Shown: positions 14,681 through 28,933 of the stretch, piece after piece
Layout of the letters: each line of letters opens with the position of its first letter
Position numbering within the stretch: the stretch's first letter is position 1
Source of the DNA: the human T2T-CHM13v2.0 reference genome, Homo sapiens
NCBI RefSeq assembly: GCF_009914755.1
Contig: NC_060930.1
Strand: one strand, 5' to 3'
DNA length: 64,000 nt
Notes under the pieces: model-generated
Seen by the model: the letters and a program-made list of their open reading frames with translations, nothing else
Databases searched by the model: none
Told to the model about the DNA's origin: nothing
Made by a program: the position numbers and the translations under genes

Positions 14681-16414
14681 AATCCATAATCTATCAAATC
14701 CATAAACAGGCTAAACCATGGTAATATTCAGCCCATCAATGAAAATAGTACACACTGCTTGTTCTTCCGACTCCTAAAAGGTGAAAGCTATGTTCATTCT
14801 TATCCTTGAATCCTTCCCAAGCATTTGTGCAGAGCTGTGTATTGAGAGTACTAAGTTTCTAGCCACTGTAGGCAGTGACTAGATAAGAAGGTAATGAGGA
14901 ATACTGAAATTGAGATGTAATTGATCTAATGATATTTAACAAATCTTTACATCTTGAGATAGACAAATGCATAAATAAGTTATTTGGATACATAAATAGG
15001 ATAAATAAATATAGGCATAAATAGATTAGTTTTTGACCTGAGATTTTAGCGAGTCAAACTGATAATAATAATTTAAAACACAGAATCACAGATTTTACTA
15101 ATAGGAAGAATTTTTTCACTGTCAAAATTTCCCAAAACAAATTGGATGGCCTTGAAAAATAGGAAGTAGTCCACCCTTAAAGTAGCCACATAGATTCTAT
15201 GACAACTCAACAGGAAGCTGCCAATGAAAATCAAATTTTAGGTCAGCAGCAACATGGCAGAAAGGAGCGGCAGACAGATGGACCATAATGCTAGGTGCCT
15301 TTAGAGTATATTCTTGAAATATTTCTGTAAAAGCTCATACCATGCAAATATTTAAAAGCAAAAAGTTCATAAAACCTTAAATTACCTTATCTTTATTATT
15401 TGTTCTACATTATACAAGAATTCCGTTTTTAAAGTAGAAATAAATTTAAGATAAATCTGCATTGATATCAGTTGCTTTTCTTCTTAGGAATTTTCTAAGC
15501 ACTTGGCATCTTTCCAATAAGATACACTAGGTTAACACACCATTGCTGTATATTTAAGAAACTTTTATGTACCATCAGCGTATTTAAGATCCTTCCATTC
15601 CTGTTCGTATTTGGAGAGATGAGGGTGTAACTTCCATATGCTGAGACCGCCAACTGAATTAATGATTCTGAAATCATATAAACTACTGCCATATTACAAT
15701 TTGAGTAAGACAAAATCCAAAGCAGTTTAGGTAACATAAAATACTGAATAATCATGAAAATTAGTGGATTGTGAAATGAATGACCACCTACCGTCACCAA
15801 TGAAGCTGGCCCAAGACTCTCCACTTTATTAAAGAAGGCATAAAGTATATGAGAGTGAAAGAATTTACAATGCCTGAAGCTCAAAATACACCCATTCAAT
15901 TGTTTTCTTGCTGTTGTTTGCAAACTATTACAACAGAACATTATCTATTTTACTGGTAATGTGAGTTTTTGCATCAAATAAATCTCTACATTGCTTCCTG
16001 CCCAGCTTTGCCCTTTCATCATTTAAATCATGCAGCTTGGATTTGGATTGACTCATAATCTGAAGCTCCTGGATATTTAAATCTTATCAGTGATGTCATG
16101 TTAGGTTTCCAGACAGTTGGCTAAATTAATTCTATTCACCTCATTCTCCATCTCTCCAACTGAATCAGTGTGGTATCTGTGGAGAAGAATCTCCTGCACC
16201 ATACTGTGCTCATTTTCCAAATAGAACTGAGCTAAAAAGCAACTAGTTATATGCTATGCTCTGGTGGATCCCAGATAATATGAAAAAATTCTAATATTAC
16301 AAGTCCAGAATACAGGATATCATGTAAACCTATTAAATACTGAATGAAAGCATGAATAGCTGCTCTTCAATGGGGGTGAGGGTCCACCACTCAGGATTAC
16401 ATGTATACAGGTTA

Positions 16415-16890
16415 ATTGTCTCAGTAAGATTGCTTTCGGCCATGAGCAACAGAATGCTCATCCAAGAGTATTGAACAATAACGCATTTAATTATCTCATG
16501 TGAAAGAAACTTTCAAATAGGTAGAAGTGGGTGATAAGCAGTGGCTCCACACAGCAGAATGCTGGGTTGAATTCTCTCTCATTTTCCTCCTCTCATAATG
16601 CAAGATGTCTGCAGAAGCTTCCAATATCATATCCTTATAGCAATGATTCAAGTGGGAAGAAATAAGAGGGTGGGGAAAAAGGGTTCTTCTTCCCTGTTTC
16701 CCTTCTGAAAGAAGGAAGCCCAAGCCAATATCCTCTCACATCTTATTGATCAGAACTGCATCTATGACCACCCATAGGGCATGGTGGACTGGGAACATAT
16801 CTACTATTTTCAACCATTGAAGGCACTGTCCCCAGTAAGAAAGATGGGAGACAAGATGGCTGCTGAGGTGCAACCAACAGTGTCCAACAC
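16415..16890. mobile_element. Old MaLR LTR (MLT1J/K-like), degenerate
   Basis: cctctcacatcttattgatcagaactgcatctatgaccaccc motif; ends ...caacagtgtccaacaca. Confidence 0.55.
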
Positions 16891-17598
16891 AAAACGTACC
16901 TGCTTTCAAACATAAGGGAAGTTACAGGGATCAAAGCCTTAATTGCCCTAGTGATGTCCGTGATAACTACATTCTTCATTGTTATTTTCCTTATGGAGAC
17001 ATAGATGGGGGTAAGGTGATGTCATTTTTCTTATCTATCTAGAAATCTAGTGGACTACGGTATCCATGAACTGAGATCATTTATCGGAGCTGTTATGGCT
17101 TCTTAGCCATATTTTAAAAGTTGATTGCCAGGAAGACATCCTGTTAGGGAATAGCTTTTAAAATGAGTTCACTGAGCACCAACAGCACTGACCCCCTCCC
17201 CACCGAGAAAATAGATATAAAGCTTAAAATCAAAAGAGAAAATCATATTCATAAAAATAGTGCCAAAATCAATGTGCAGAGGAGATAGCACGTCTGAGCA
17301 GGAGAGGGGCTACAGAAGAAAATGGTGTTTTGTGCTCATATGATCAAGGCAATAAAGAAAGTAGAGTGAAAATAAAAAGTCTTCTGAGAGGAAGAAGGAA
17401 GCTTTTGGAGCAAAGGAGTTAGGCCCTGAGAAATCAACAGGGAACATATGCCGTGTCAGCCTCAGGCCCACCCACAGGAAAGAAGCAGATGTGAATGTCA
17501 CCTAAAAGGCAAACTGGATTAGAATCCTTCACATGCACCAGTAGGGAGAGAGTTACCACCCACTCCAAAGAGCAGCAGCCTGTGTCATTGCCTCCCTA

Positions 17599-18260
17599 TG
17601 TTGGGCAGACAGACTAGGATCCAGTGATTGGCCCCTGTAATTTCTGCCCCTTGGTATTCCTACCCCGTGTGATCCTCTCTCCTAGAGTGTGGGTGGGACC
17701 TATGACTTGCTTCTGGCCAATTGAAAATGGCAAAGGTGAAAAGATTTTGCAGAGGTAATTAGGCTCCCAATCAGCTGGTTTTGAAACCAAACGGGAGACT
17801 ACCCTGAGTGGTCCTGACTTAACTGGATAAAAGCCTTTGAAAGAAACACTGGCCCTCCTTGAATGAAAGACTCTCCTTGTTGGCTTCATAAAGTAAGAGG
17901 CCATAGAGAAGACCATATTGCCTGGAACTATAGGTGTCCTCTGGAAACTGTGATCAGCCTTCTAGCCATGGATAGTAAAAAGCTGTCCCCCCACCCACCG
18001 CCCCAACATACAGCCACCAAGAAATCAATTCTGCCAACAACCCAAAGTAGTGTGAAGGGGATTGCTCCCCAAGTTGAGCCTCCAGATGAAGCACAGCACA
18101 AACAAAATCTTGATTACAGCCTTGTAAGACCCTAAGCAGAGGACCCAGTTAAGCTATGCTCAGACTCCTGACCTATAGAAACTATACGATTAAAAATAAT
18201 GTGTTGTTTTAAGCTGCCAAGTTTGTGTAATTTGTTTTACAGCAATAGAAAACCAACACA
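17599..18260 (+). mobile_element. MaLR solo LTR (MLT1E/F-like)
   Basis: gagtgtgggtgggacctatgacttgcttctggccaa; 3' end tgttgttttaagctgccaagtttgtgtaatttgttttacagcaatagaaaaccaacaca. Confidence 0.85.
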
Positions 18261-18460
18261 TTATGTTTACTCCCCTGGTATCTCCCCTCTACCATTAACA
18301 TCTTATTTTTACACTGAAGATATTTTAGTTACTACCAAATGCTTTGCATGTTTCCCCAAAACAAGCAGGTCATTATTTTAATAGTTAAAATATAGGCTGG
18401 AGAGCAGAGAGTTGTGAAGAGTAGCAGAGAGGACAGAGCCTCAGCTAGTAATAATAGCTA

Positions 18461-18749
<289 letters not shown>

Positions 18750-21157
18750 GATAATACTAGTATCAATAATAGTAATAGCTAACATTTGTTGAGCATTTGC
18801 TATATACTTTGAGCATTTATACTATTCTAGTTTTTATATACATATTTGAATTCACTAAAATAAGGCTGGTACCTCTAGCTTCATTTGTACAGATAAAGAA
18901 ATTCGGATAAAAAGAGTTTGAGAAACCTGTCTAAGTTTACTCAACTAGAAATTTGTAAAGCTAATTTGTTTGAGTTTAGGTACTATGTTCCCAGAGCCTG
19001 TATTCTTAGCCACCATGACTTATTCCCTCTCAGTACAAATATATGGTCATGCATTAGCCACATCTAATAAAGATCACTCAATCCCTAATTATACGTGCAT
19101 CATTGATAAATTACTGTCAGGAATAGATCTCCATAGTTATTTTGCTCTGATGAACCATTCTAGAGCCGACTTTGCTTCCCTCCGCATGGCATCTCATTCT
19201 CACTCCACACCCACTGAACTCTGCAGAACATGCCAGTAGAATACAACTTAAGACATTATATTTTTAAAACTGCAGAACGCATGAACTAATGTCTATGTAT
19301 GAATCTGAGACTAGTTAGAGAATTCCACGCCATATGAAAAGAGCATAGATGCACTAGTTGAGTATTGGTAAATTAGCCACCTAATGTCTCTGGACTTCAG
19401 ATATATAATCTGTAAAATGGGAATAAGAGTATCACAAGGGTGTTCTGAGCACCAAATGAAAAAACTGTGGAAAAGAGATTTATAAACTAAAATTCTGCAC
19501 CCATGGATATGGTTAGCTAATCAGAGGAATGAGCGCACATTGCTTTCACCGTATTGCACAAAATAATTCTGAAGGAATGAAAGTTGGAGGCCCTTAAGAA
19601 GACTTCTTAGCATAAGAATTTTATATTTAAGATTCAGTTGATAAATAAGAAAAGAGTACTGCTCTCCTACCAAATATCAGGAATGTTTCATTCTGGTCAT
19701 AGTGCAGACACAATGTTGAAGTTAATATTTAGGGTTTGTTCCTTTGGGACGAGTCTGACATTTTTTGACCTGTTAGGTTTCAGGATATGTTTCAAAGCAA
19801 GAAGAAAAATTATATTTTGAGGTGACTGTAACTACCTTTTTTGTTGCTGAGATTGCATGTGTTGTATCTATTTAACCCCTATAAAGGGGGCATGAAATAA
19901 AGGGATCATGGTTGTATCATGAGAGCCTTTTCCAAAAGGCAACATTTATTTTCAAGTGTTTGGATTGCCGAGACAAAGATTTCTCTCCAATGTACAATTC
20001 ATCAACCTCCTTACTCACTGTAAAATCAATCTGTTCTGTTTGTATGACATAAACAACAAGTCATTTCTCAGGAATGAGGCAGACCATATGTGAAGGTGTT
20101 TCAGAAAAGCACAACAGGGAATACGCCAATCAAAGAAGCATCTGCATTTTATTTCAATGTCAAATCACATGTGTGTTATAAAAAGGAAAGTGTATCAGTT
20201 TTATTAAAGAATAACTTTCCTGTTGTGATGTGTAGTTAACCCATACCTCCCCTAAGCAGTACAGTCAGGTCAGCGACATAGACAACTGGCCGAGAACACA
20301 AAAAGAGCTCAGCCTGTGTGGTCAGCAATGTGCACTTTGCAAACATCTGGGCATATGCCTATTCCCTACCTTTGTAGCCGGGAGGAGACTTGCCACAGAG
20401 GTAAGTCCATCATATGCATTTTCCCCCAAATCAGCACTCTCATCAATGCATTGATATATATCAAAGAAGCTTGAAATTGATAGAAACAGGAAACTACGAA
20501 AAGACTAGCAGAGTTCTAGGGAGAATTTACTTTTTATGATTGGGACTGAATTGAAATGGAAAGGAAGTGTGTTCTAGTGTCATTTCCACTTCTTATTAGC
20601 TGGATGACCTAAGGCAAGTCACTTAGCTTCTGTAGGTCCCAGCTTTATACTTGTATAAACTGGCAAGGCTGAACCAAATAATCCCAAAACCCCTTTCTGC
20701 TCTACAAATATGTGGTTCTCTGGTTGCTTACCCACGAAGTTACATTTGAATACTAATGGAAACATTTTAAGATTGTCTTGTTACTGAACCTTCTCCCCAT
20801 TTAGGAGTTAGGTACCTCTGAAAACTATGTTAACTTCTTTAAACCACTGGAGTGACATCTACTGTTTTGAAACAGTCTTTAGTGCAATTTCCAGAGGTAC
20901 TTATCACATAATCTGGCTTACTTCTTTGGAGAAATCACTATACAAAGATTAAGGTACTGCATTACGAAGCAGGGAACCCAATTCACTCCACAGGGAATGG
21001 ATTCTATAGCTCTGTTTACACAGGCAAATGAGTGGCTATTTGCATAATTAACTGAATGGACATTGTAAACATTCTCCCTGAAGTCCTTTCACTCAGAAAA
21101 TAATAATAATTAAAGCTTCCCAGTGGACAGTATCTTTTTTGACCTGAAATGCACATA

Positions 21158-21160
<3 letters not shown>

Positions 21161-21204
<44 letters not shown>
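21161..21204 (+). repeat. (CTAT)11 tetranucleotide STR (GATA type)
   Basis: 11 perfect CTAT units. Confidence 0.97.
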
Positions 21205-22814
21205 AGATATGCCATTTATCTCTATATACTCATGTCTAACATATAATTTTTAGAATTCAACTGTTCATTTTCTTTTCTGTAGGACAGAACATACATGTGT
21301 CACCTACAAAGTATCAGTAGGGCTCCTACAGCTACTGGTTTCAAGTAGGATAGAAATTATAAATGTTAACAAGAGGTAGTAGAGGAAGCATAACTAGCAA
21401 AACAGTAGCCTTGGCCATAGGGAGCATTAAACTGAAATCACTGCAGCTTAGTACCTGGGAGAGAAGAAGGAATCTCTATTTCTAAGTAATAGAATATAAA
21501 ATTCCAGGGAAGGATTTGGGTGGCCTGGTTCAGATCACATGCCCACCCCTGGGCCAATCATAGTGGTCATAGGAACATAACATATATCATGCCCAACCCC
21601 ATGGAGTATGTGTGAGGTGAGGGGAGATCTGTTAATCAGAAAAGAGGGGAAGCAAAGGCACTTTTGGGAAAGAAACATGTCCACCAGGAAGAAATGAGAG
21701 CCACCACAGACAATCTGACTCAGAACATCTAAAGTCATCCTCAAATTTTGTACCACTGGCCTTTTCTCCAGAACTTTCTTCTGGCAATACCAATATTTCT
21801 TATTTTACCCTAACTTTTTGTATATTATTTCAACAAACATGTATTCAGTGCTTGCAATTTATAAAAATATTGAGGAATATCTTGGGCATTTCATATTATC
21901 CAACACATAAGCAAAAGATAGTCAACCTGTCACACAGGAATATATCTCAAAGTAAAAATGTAAACATCTTGTGAATAGAGGTCTTGCAGCTGACAAAAAA
22001 GGCAGTCAGGATGCACATCCTCTCAGGGACTATCCCAAAGATTGTCACCTAAGATTACCTGACCCTGCTGGCAGCTGACCAACTAGAGTGAGATGTGCAG
22101 GAAGAGGGATGTCATTAGCGGCAACTCAGCTGAGTATCTTTTTGGTTGAGAAAAAAAGTACGACAGTCTTAAAATTAGGTTTCAGAAGCCATTTTTATAA
22201 AATTATTTGCAGCTACAAATGAAATAAACTTGCATTTGATTAGCTAAGAGTCCTATACATCAAAAATATGTATTAGAACCTCCTGAAGTTTTCACAATCT
22301 ACCAAATTCACCAACATTGGGATATTCAAATGAGTGCTGGAGGAAAAGGGAGGAGTGAGTTGGGGGTAGGAGATAGAGCACATCAGACAGAAAGAAAGAA
22401 AACATACATATTTAAACTTGCTGCACTGCAGCAAATGCTTCCCACCCGACATCATATAATATCTTTGAAGCTGGGTAGTACAGTATTCTGTGTTAAATGC
22501 ATTTTATGGGGATTTGGAGAGGATTTAGGTAAAGGCTGCCCCAATAAATGATTTACCAGCTCTAATAAAACATCAAGGAAATTGTTCAGATTGTATCTCA
22601 AACCATTTAAAACAGACATTTATAGAGGTTTCAGCAGCCCCCATATCCTCAACCCCTGGTTTAAAAAGAAATGTGTATAGTGGTTAATTATCCCATATTA
22701 CCCTTTTTTTAATGGTAGCAGTTTCAAGAGAAGGGAGAGATTGGAAGTCAATAAATAGGTATAATAGCGAAGGGGTCTGGGAGAGAGAGAGAAGTGATCA
22801 CGTATTCCTCCTTC

Positions 22815-23220
22815 TATTCACTCATTCGGTAAGTATTTGCTGGTCATATTATGTACCAGGTACCCTAAAGCTAGGACCTGGAGACCTAGGAGTGACCAGA
22901 TAAGGGGGATTCCTGCCTACAGCTTCTGTTTAGTCAGAGGAAACAGAAATGAACAAATCAATGAAATAAACAGGAAAGATTATTTTATATTGGGGTTAAG
23001 TACTTTAAAGGAAACCAACAAGGTGATGAAAAAGCAAATTGCCAAAATAGAGGTGGGTCCCACTTTGCATAGAGAGTCAGGAAAGGCTTCTCTGGGACAT
23101 AAAGTGGATGCTGCAACCTCCAATCACATCGCTAGGAACAGGCAGAACATGCTAGATAAAGTGGAAAGGCGCTGATGTCATCAAGCATTCAGTGTGTCTG
23201 AAGAACAGAAAGAAAGGCAG
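22815..23220 (-). mobile_element. L2 3' fragment, degenerate
   Basis: ttcactcattc...gtatttgctgg...tatgtaccagg start and gtcaggaaaggcttctctg motif. Confidence 0.6.
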
Positions 23221-23954
23221 ACATAGAAAGTGATAAATCATCTCAGAGTGACCTATGCCCTCTATTTTAACCCTTGGAAAATGTATTTCCTTAAAATGGG
23301 TTATTAATAATGTTAATAATAATTGCCTTTATTAAAAATCTATGTGTTTTAGTTGCTGTAAGAATATCTTCTGTACCTTATCTCTCAACTTTCACAATAT
23401 CCATCAAATCCCAAGACACAGATATTATTATTCTAGTTTGACACAGGAGAAGGCAGCCTTAGAGAGCTCAGACAAATTGTTCATGATTACACAGCAGTGG
23501 CAGAACTGGAATTCATACTCATGTTCATCTATCTACAGAGACTACACCTTTTTGGTTCCTTTAACTTGTTTCGTTCAGCAACTATTTGAACCCTATGAGA
23601 GGAACTGTGGCCACAGAAATGAATGAAGCAAAATGTTGTGGACTGTTTCTAAAGATGGCCACACAATATCTTCTATTCCAACATGCCCTTTTGCAATATC
23701 ACCTTTCCACTCCTGCATCAAGAGGGAAGTCTATTCCTTCTCTTGCTAGCCTTGAGACTTATTTTGACCAAAAGAAGAGCTTTCCATTATGTCTTGCCTG
23801 AATTCCCAGCCCTCAGAATTGTGAGCAAATAAAATGGTTGTTTCAAGAAATGAAGCCTTGAAAGTGGTTTAGTGATTTAGCATGACCAAAATGCATAAGG
23901 AGCTCAGCGTGGAGAGGGAAACAAGCATACAAATATCTTTAAAATAATGCGAGT

Positions 23955-24545
23955 GTTCCCATATTTATTGCAGCATTATTCACAATAGCCAAGATACACA
24001 AGCATCCTACATGTCCATTGATGGATGAATGGATAAAAAATACAGCATATAAACACAACTGAAATACTATTTAGCCTTACAGGAGAAGAAAGTTCTGTTA
24101 TTTGTGACAACACAGATGAACATGAAGGACATTATGTTAAGTGAAATAAACTAGGCACAGAAAGAGAAGTACTGCATGATCTTATTTATATGTGGAATCT
24201 AAAAAGTTGAGCCTACAGAAGCAGAGAGTAGAAGTATGATTACCAGAGGCCGAGGAATGGGGAGGTTGGAATGTTGTAGGTCAAAGGATACAAAATTTCA
24301 GTTGGACAAGAAGAATAAGTGCAAAAGTTCTATGGTACAAGATGGTGACTACAATTAATAGCAATATATTGTATACTTGAAAATTAGTAAGAGAGTGTTC
24401 CCACAAGAAAAACATAATTATGAGAGGAAATGCATATGTTAAATACTTTGACTTAACAATTACAAAAAGTATACATAATTCAAAGCATCACGTTATACAC
24501 CATAAATATATACATTTTTTACTTGTCAATTAGAAAATAAATGAC
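23955..24545 (+). mobile_element. L1MA-type 3' end
   Basis: cccatatttattgcagcattattcacaatagccaaga...ggacattatgttaagtgaaataa...cataaatatatacattttttacttgtcaatt. Confidence 0.9.
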
Positions 24546-24616
24546 TTTTAAAATTTAAAAGTACTGTGAGTGGCATCACGAGAGAGCAGCGGAGAAGCAT
24601 TTAAGTCAGTGTTGAG

Positions 24617-24839
24617 CAGAGGTGGGCAAACTTTTTTGGGAAAGACCCAAATAGTAAATAATTTAGGTTTTGTGGGCCACACTGTCTTTGTCTCAAGGAC
24701 GTAATTCTGCCATTGCAGAGGAAAACAGCCAAAGACAACACATAACCAAATGAATGTGTCTGAGTTCCAATTAAACTTTATTTACAAACGCAGAGGGAGA
24801 ACAGGATTTGGCCCCAGGAGCTGTAATTGCCAGCATCTG
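24617..24839. mobile_element. MER58-like hAT-Charlie MITE
   Basis: cagaggtgggcaaactttt...aatagtaaataatttaggttttgtgggcca...ccaattaaactttatttaca...ggatttggccc. Confidence 0.75.
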
Positions 24840-25187
24840 GCCTTCTTAGAGCATCAGAGGACACCAACTGAAGGCATAGTGCCTGAGAGTAAAGCATCTT
24901 AAAGGATCAATCAGGAACTGAAGCTCTGAGATCCTGGGAAACCCTTCAGCCTTTTAACTTAACACATAAGATAATAACCGCATTGTGACACTGCATATTC
25001 TAGACTCTGAAAGGTCATTCCCAAAGGGCAACAGGGAGCTGAGTCATCAGAGAAGGCCTGGAAAACAGGAGAAATGGAAGAGCTGGGAGCCTGAGGGCTT
25101 AATGAAGCTTTTCCTCCAGCCCTGGTGAACCCCGAATAAGAACTAAGAACTTAGCATATGACTCACCAGAAGCTCCAGCCCTCTCAT

Positions 25188-25566
25188 TGCATTAGTCTGT
25201 TCCCACGTTGCTACAAATATACTACCCAAGACTGGATAATTTATAAAGGAAAGAGATTTAATTGACTCACGGTTCAGCATGGCCAGGGAGGCCTCAGGAA
25301 ACTTACAATCAGGACAGAAGGGGAAGCAAACACATCCTTCTTCACAGGGTGGCAAAAAGGAGAATGAATGAGTACTCAGTGAAGGGGGAACCCCCTTAGA
25401 AAACCACCAGATCTCATGAGAACTAACTCACTATCGGGAGGACAGGAAGGGGGAAACTGCCCCCATGATTCAATTATCTCCAGCTCGTCCCTCCCACAAC
25501 ACATGGGGATTATGGGAACTACAATTTAAGATGAGATTTGGGTGGGAACATAGCCAAACCATATCA
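25188..25566 (-). mobile_element. THE1 (THE1C/D-like) MaLR solo LTR
   Basis: Reverse complement of a tgatatggtttggct...actaatgca THE1 LTR; TG...CA ends and 5-bp TSD CTCAT. Confidence 0.92.
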
Positions 25567-26277
25567 CTCATCTACATACATCAAAGTAAGCACCTAAAAC
25601 CTCTGTTCTGGAAGTTATTTTATTGAATCTAATCTAACAAGTATGTCACTACTCCCCTTAGAGACTATCACAGAGTTTCTGAAGAATAGGGAGCATGCCT
25701 TTTTCTTACTAGCAAATAGCATCTCTTGTACATGTTTTCTTTCTAGGAGAGCCATGCGTGTTTCTTGTCTTTGAGCTCTGTAGCTTCCCTTTATGCCTGA
25801 TGCTTCTCAGTCACAGACCCTGCTTCTCTTAATCTGGAAAACAACTCACTCTTTGGCCTGAATACCACACTCTGGCAGCATCAGGAAAGCACTGGTGAAA
25901 GCATTTAGAGTTCTAAGTTAAGATCAATGGGAGTTCTAAAAAATGTGACTGGGCACAGGAAACTTGAGCTGATACCATGTTTTCCGATGGTGGTTCCAGG
26001 ATGGAAGAGTGAAAGTAAATTCTGAGAACCAAATCAGATAAATCCCCAGTGGAAAAAGAATTTCAGGAATAGATCTTGGGGTGGGCAGGGAGGCCATGGG
26101 TAGGTATGAATGACTTTGACTAGGTACCATCTCTTCTTTCCAAGGTCACTCTTCATGTCACATGGCCACTGTCATTCCTCCTCACCACCATTGATGGACA
26201 CCACCATTGCAAAATTCTGTACTCCTTACCTCTGAGAAGATCCATTGCCCACTCTTTCATGCTTTTTTTTGTTTGTT

Positions 26278-27096
26278 TGTTAGGAAACAGGAAAGGTTCC
26301 CTTGTCCCCTTGCAGGGCATGCAATGGGGATGTGGCTTGCTTCTTCAGTGCCCCGCTGCTCAAACCTCTAGGGGACCATATAGATGGGCAGGCTTTGGGG
26401 CTCTGACCCCACAACAGTGTCTAGGGGTGAATGTTTACAGCTGAAGCCCCAGTGGTCATGTGTTACAGAGTGCTCTTTTGGTTTAGCTTCCATAGGCGGC
26501 TTGTGTTAACCAGCTCAATTCACCCTCTACTTTGTCGCAAGGACAGAGGGTTTTCTGTATCCCAGGTTCTTGCCTTGGTGTGCTGGAAGAATCGGATCAA
26601 ACCTAGGTTTGGAGAATGAATGCAAAGTTTTATTGAGTGGAGGTAGCTCTCAGCAGATGGGGGAAGCCAGAAAGGGATGGAATGGAAAGGATTTCTCTTG
26701 GAGAAAGGCAGCCCAGGCTCTCCTCTGACTGCCCCAGCCAAACTGTGTGCCATTCTGCCAGTCAGTGGCCTGCCAGCCTGTTGGTGCCTGTCAGTGTGTC
26801 CCTCTTGACATCCAGCCACCCATGTGTTCCTCTGCTGATGTGCTCCTCTCTACGTCCAGCCACCTGTGTGTCAGCCTGCTAGGGTCTTGGGGGTTTTTTT
26901 AGGCACAGGATGTTGGTGTGGCAGGCCAGGGTGAAAATGCAACATTTGGGCAGGAAAACAAAAATGCCTGTCCTCACCTAGGTCCATGGGCACAGGCCTG
27001 GGGGTGGAGCCCTAGCCGGGAACCACACCCTTCCCCGCTTCTGTATCATTTAAAGGGACCACGCCCTTCCCGTCCCAGCACTTCTCTTCCATATCA
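26278..27096 (-). mobile_element. ERV1 solo LTR (LTR1-family-like)
   Basis: The minus strand begins tgatatggaagagaagtgctgggacgggaagggcgtggtccctttaaatgatacag. GC-rich, ~820 bp, TG...CA ends, minus-strand AATAAA at 26634-26629. Confidence 0.75.
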
Positions 27097-27598
27097 GTTA
27101 TATGTGCGTTCACAGAAACAGATACACCCGTAAACACATCACCAAGTAGAGAGAGCAGTAATTATGACCTGCTTAGATCTTAAGTGAACTAAGGGATCCA
27201 GCATGTGTCAAACCCAACTATCCCCCTAATTCCATCTCTGGACTCTGCCCACACCAATTTGTCACCATTTCTTGATTACAATCTTCTCCCCAAGACTTGG
27301 CTCAAACTTTTTTTGAGAACCCTTCCCCATTCTCTAGTAAATTTAGCCATCATCTTCTCTGTGTGCGCATGTTGCACTTCGAGCAATTTTTAAAAATACC
27401 ATCATCAGATCACATTGATGTTTTTAAACATTAATATTCCTCATTGGACTATGAACTTTCTGAAGTCAGAGTACACATTCTATAGCCTACAATAGGAAGG
27501 CAATCAATATTTTGAATAAACAAATAATAAAATAATAATTCTTGCTGGAGTCAATAAATTTAAATTTGACAATGGAAAGAAAGGATATAGTGACTCAC

Positions 27599-27723
27599 CA
27601 AACAGAAAATCGGTGTTCCTCCAGTTCCTCCAAGTAAGATATGTCCTGTGAATAATCTTCAGCTTCTCCAATTCTCCAAACAGTTGATTTTCCTTTCACA
27701 GAATGATCCGTCAGGCTATCTCC
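27599..27723 (-). CDS. OFCC1: Internal coding-type exon (125 nt, phase 0 to 2): GDSLTDHSVKGKSTVWRIGEAEDYSQDISYLEELEEHRFSV(TG); probable OFCC1 exon
   Basis: Minus-strand acceptor ttttttcatatttgttaatttctttgacaAG and consensus donor TTG|gtgagt. It has 41 open codons with protein-like composition and is phase-compatible with the exon at 34.5 kb. Confidence 0.8.
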
Positions 27724-28559
27724 CTTGTCAAAGAAATTAACAAATATGAAAAAAATGAAGTGTTTTATTAATAGCAGATTGAAAGTTCACCTAGTTTCAG
27801 TGACATTTTCCCCAGAATGACTTATAGAATCATTGATCATAAAGAAGCATCGTTAGGCATGGGTTTTGCATTGAAATTATTGCTTTATGCTCCAGATACC
27901 CTCACTAAATTTTTATCTCTGTAATGGCAGAGACCACGACATGTTCACTTTTGTATTATTTCACATGGGACAGCTTATGTAAATGTTGTCAGAATGGAAA
28001 GACAAACATAATGATGGTCACAGTATTTGTATTGAATCAGGACTTCTGGGTGCAAGTGGAATAAATGCAACTTGAACTAGCTCTCAACAGAGTAATTTGA
28101 AGGTAGGTTTGAACAACAAGTCTATGGAGAAGGCAGAGAGAAGGAAATTCTGCTGAATTTCAAGAACACCGGAATCAAGGACTTGAAGGCTACCAGGACT
28201 CTCTTTGCCTCTGTTCTGTGCTCTGGCAGGTTACTTCATTCTAGCATTGTCGCCAATAGCTCCTGAGTCCCCCAGCCTGTGATTCTCAACAGCATCCATT
28301 TAAGCACAGGAATTGCATAATGTCTACGGAGCTCCTTACTAGAACTTGAGAAAATTTTGTAACCTGTGATGATGGGTCCAGAAGGCAGACTGAGCCCTGT
28401 GGCTCAACTAAGGGTTCTTGGGGCCCTGCTATGGCAGGGAATAGGGAGGGGGAGCAGCTAACCTAGCAGGGCTCTTTCTTCCTCTCCCACCATAAAAGCT
28501 CGGGTTTTACCTGTTTTATTTATTGGGGTCTCCTGTTAAGCTTTTACTATAAATGGTAC

Positions 28560-28933
28560 TGACATGGTTGAGATGTTATGTAATCCCCAGTGTTGAAGGT
28601 GGGGCATAGTGGGAGGTGCTGGGATCAAGGTGATGGATCCCTCATGGCTGGCTTGGAGCTGTCCTCAAGATAGTGAGTTCTTGTGAGACCTGGTTGGTTA
28701 AAAGTGTGTGGCACCTTTCCCATTTCTCTCATGGTCCTGCTCTCACCATTTGATGTGCCAGCTCCCGCTTTGCTTTCTGCCATGACTGCAAGGTTCCTGA
28801 GGTCCTCACCAGAAGCACATGCTGCAGCTATGCTGATACAGCCTGCACAAGCATAAGCCAATTAAGCCTCTTTCCTTTATAAATTCCCCAGACTAAGGTA
28901 TTTCTTTATATCAACGCAAGAATGGCCTAACCC
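28560..28933 (+). mobile_element. MST (MSTA/B-like) MaLR solo LTR
   Basis: tgtaatccccagtgttgaaggtgggg...ggatccctcatg...ccaattaagcctctttcctttataaatt...gaatggcctaaccca. Confidence 0.85.

Noticed and set aside
15495-15941. 148-aa minus-strand ORF in unique sequence
   Set aside because: No recognisable homology or coding-like composition. An ORF of this length is plausible by chance in 64 kb of six frames, and its splice signals are weak.
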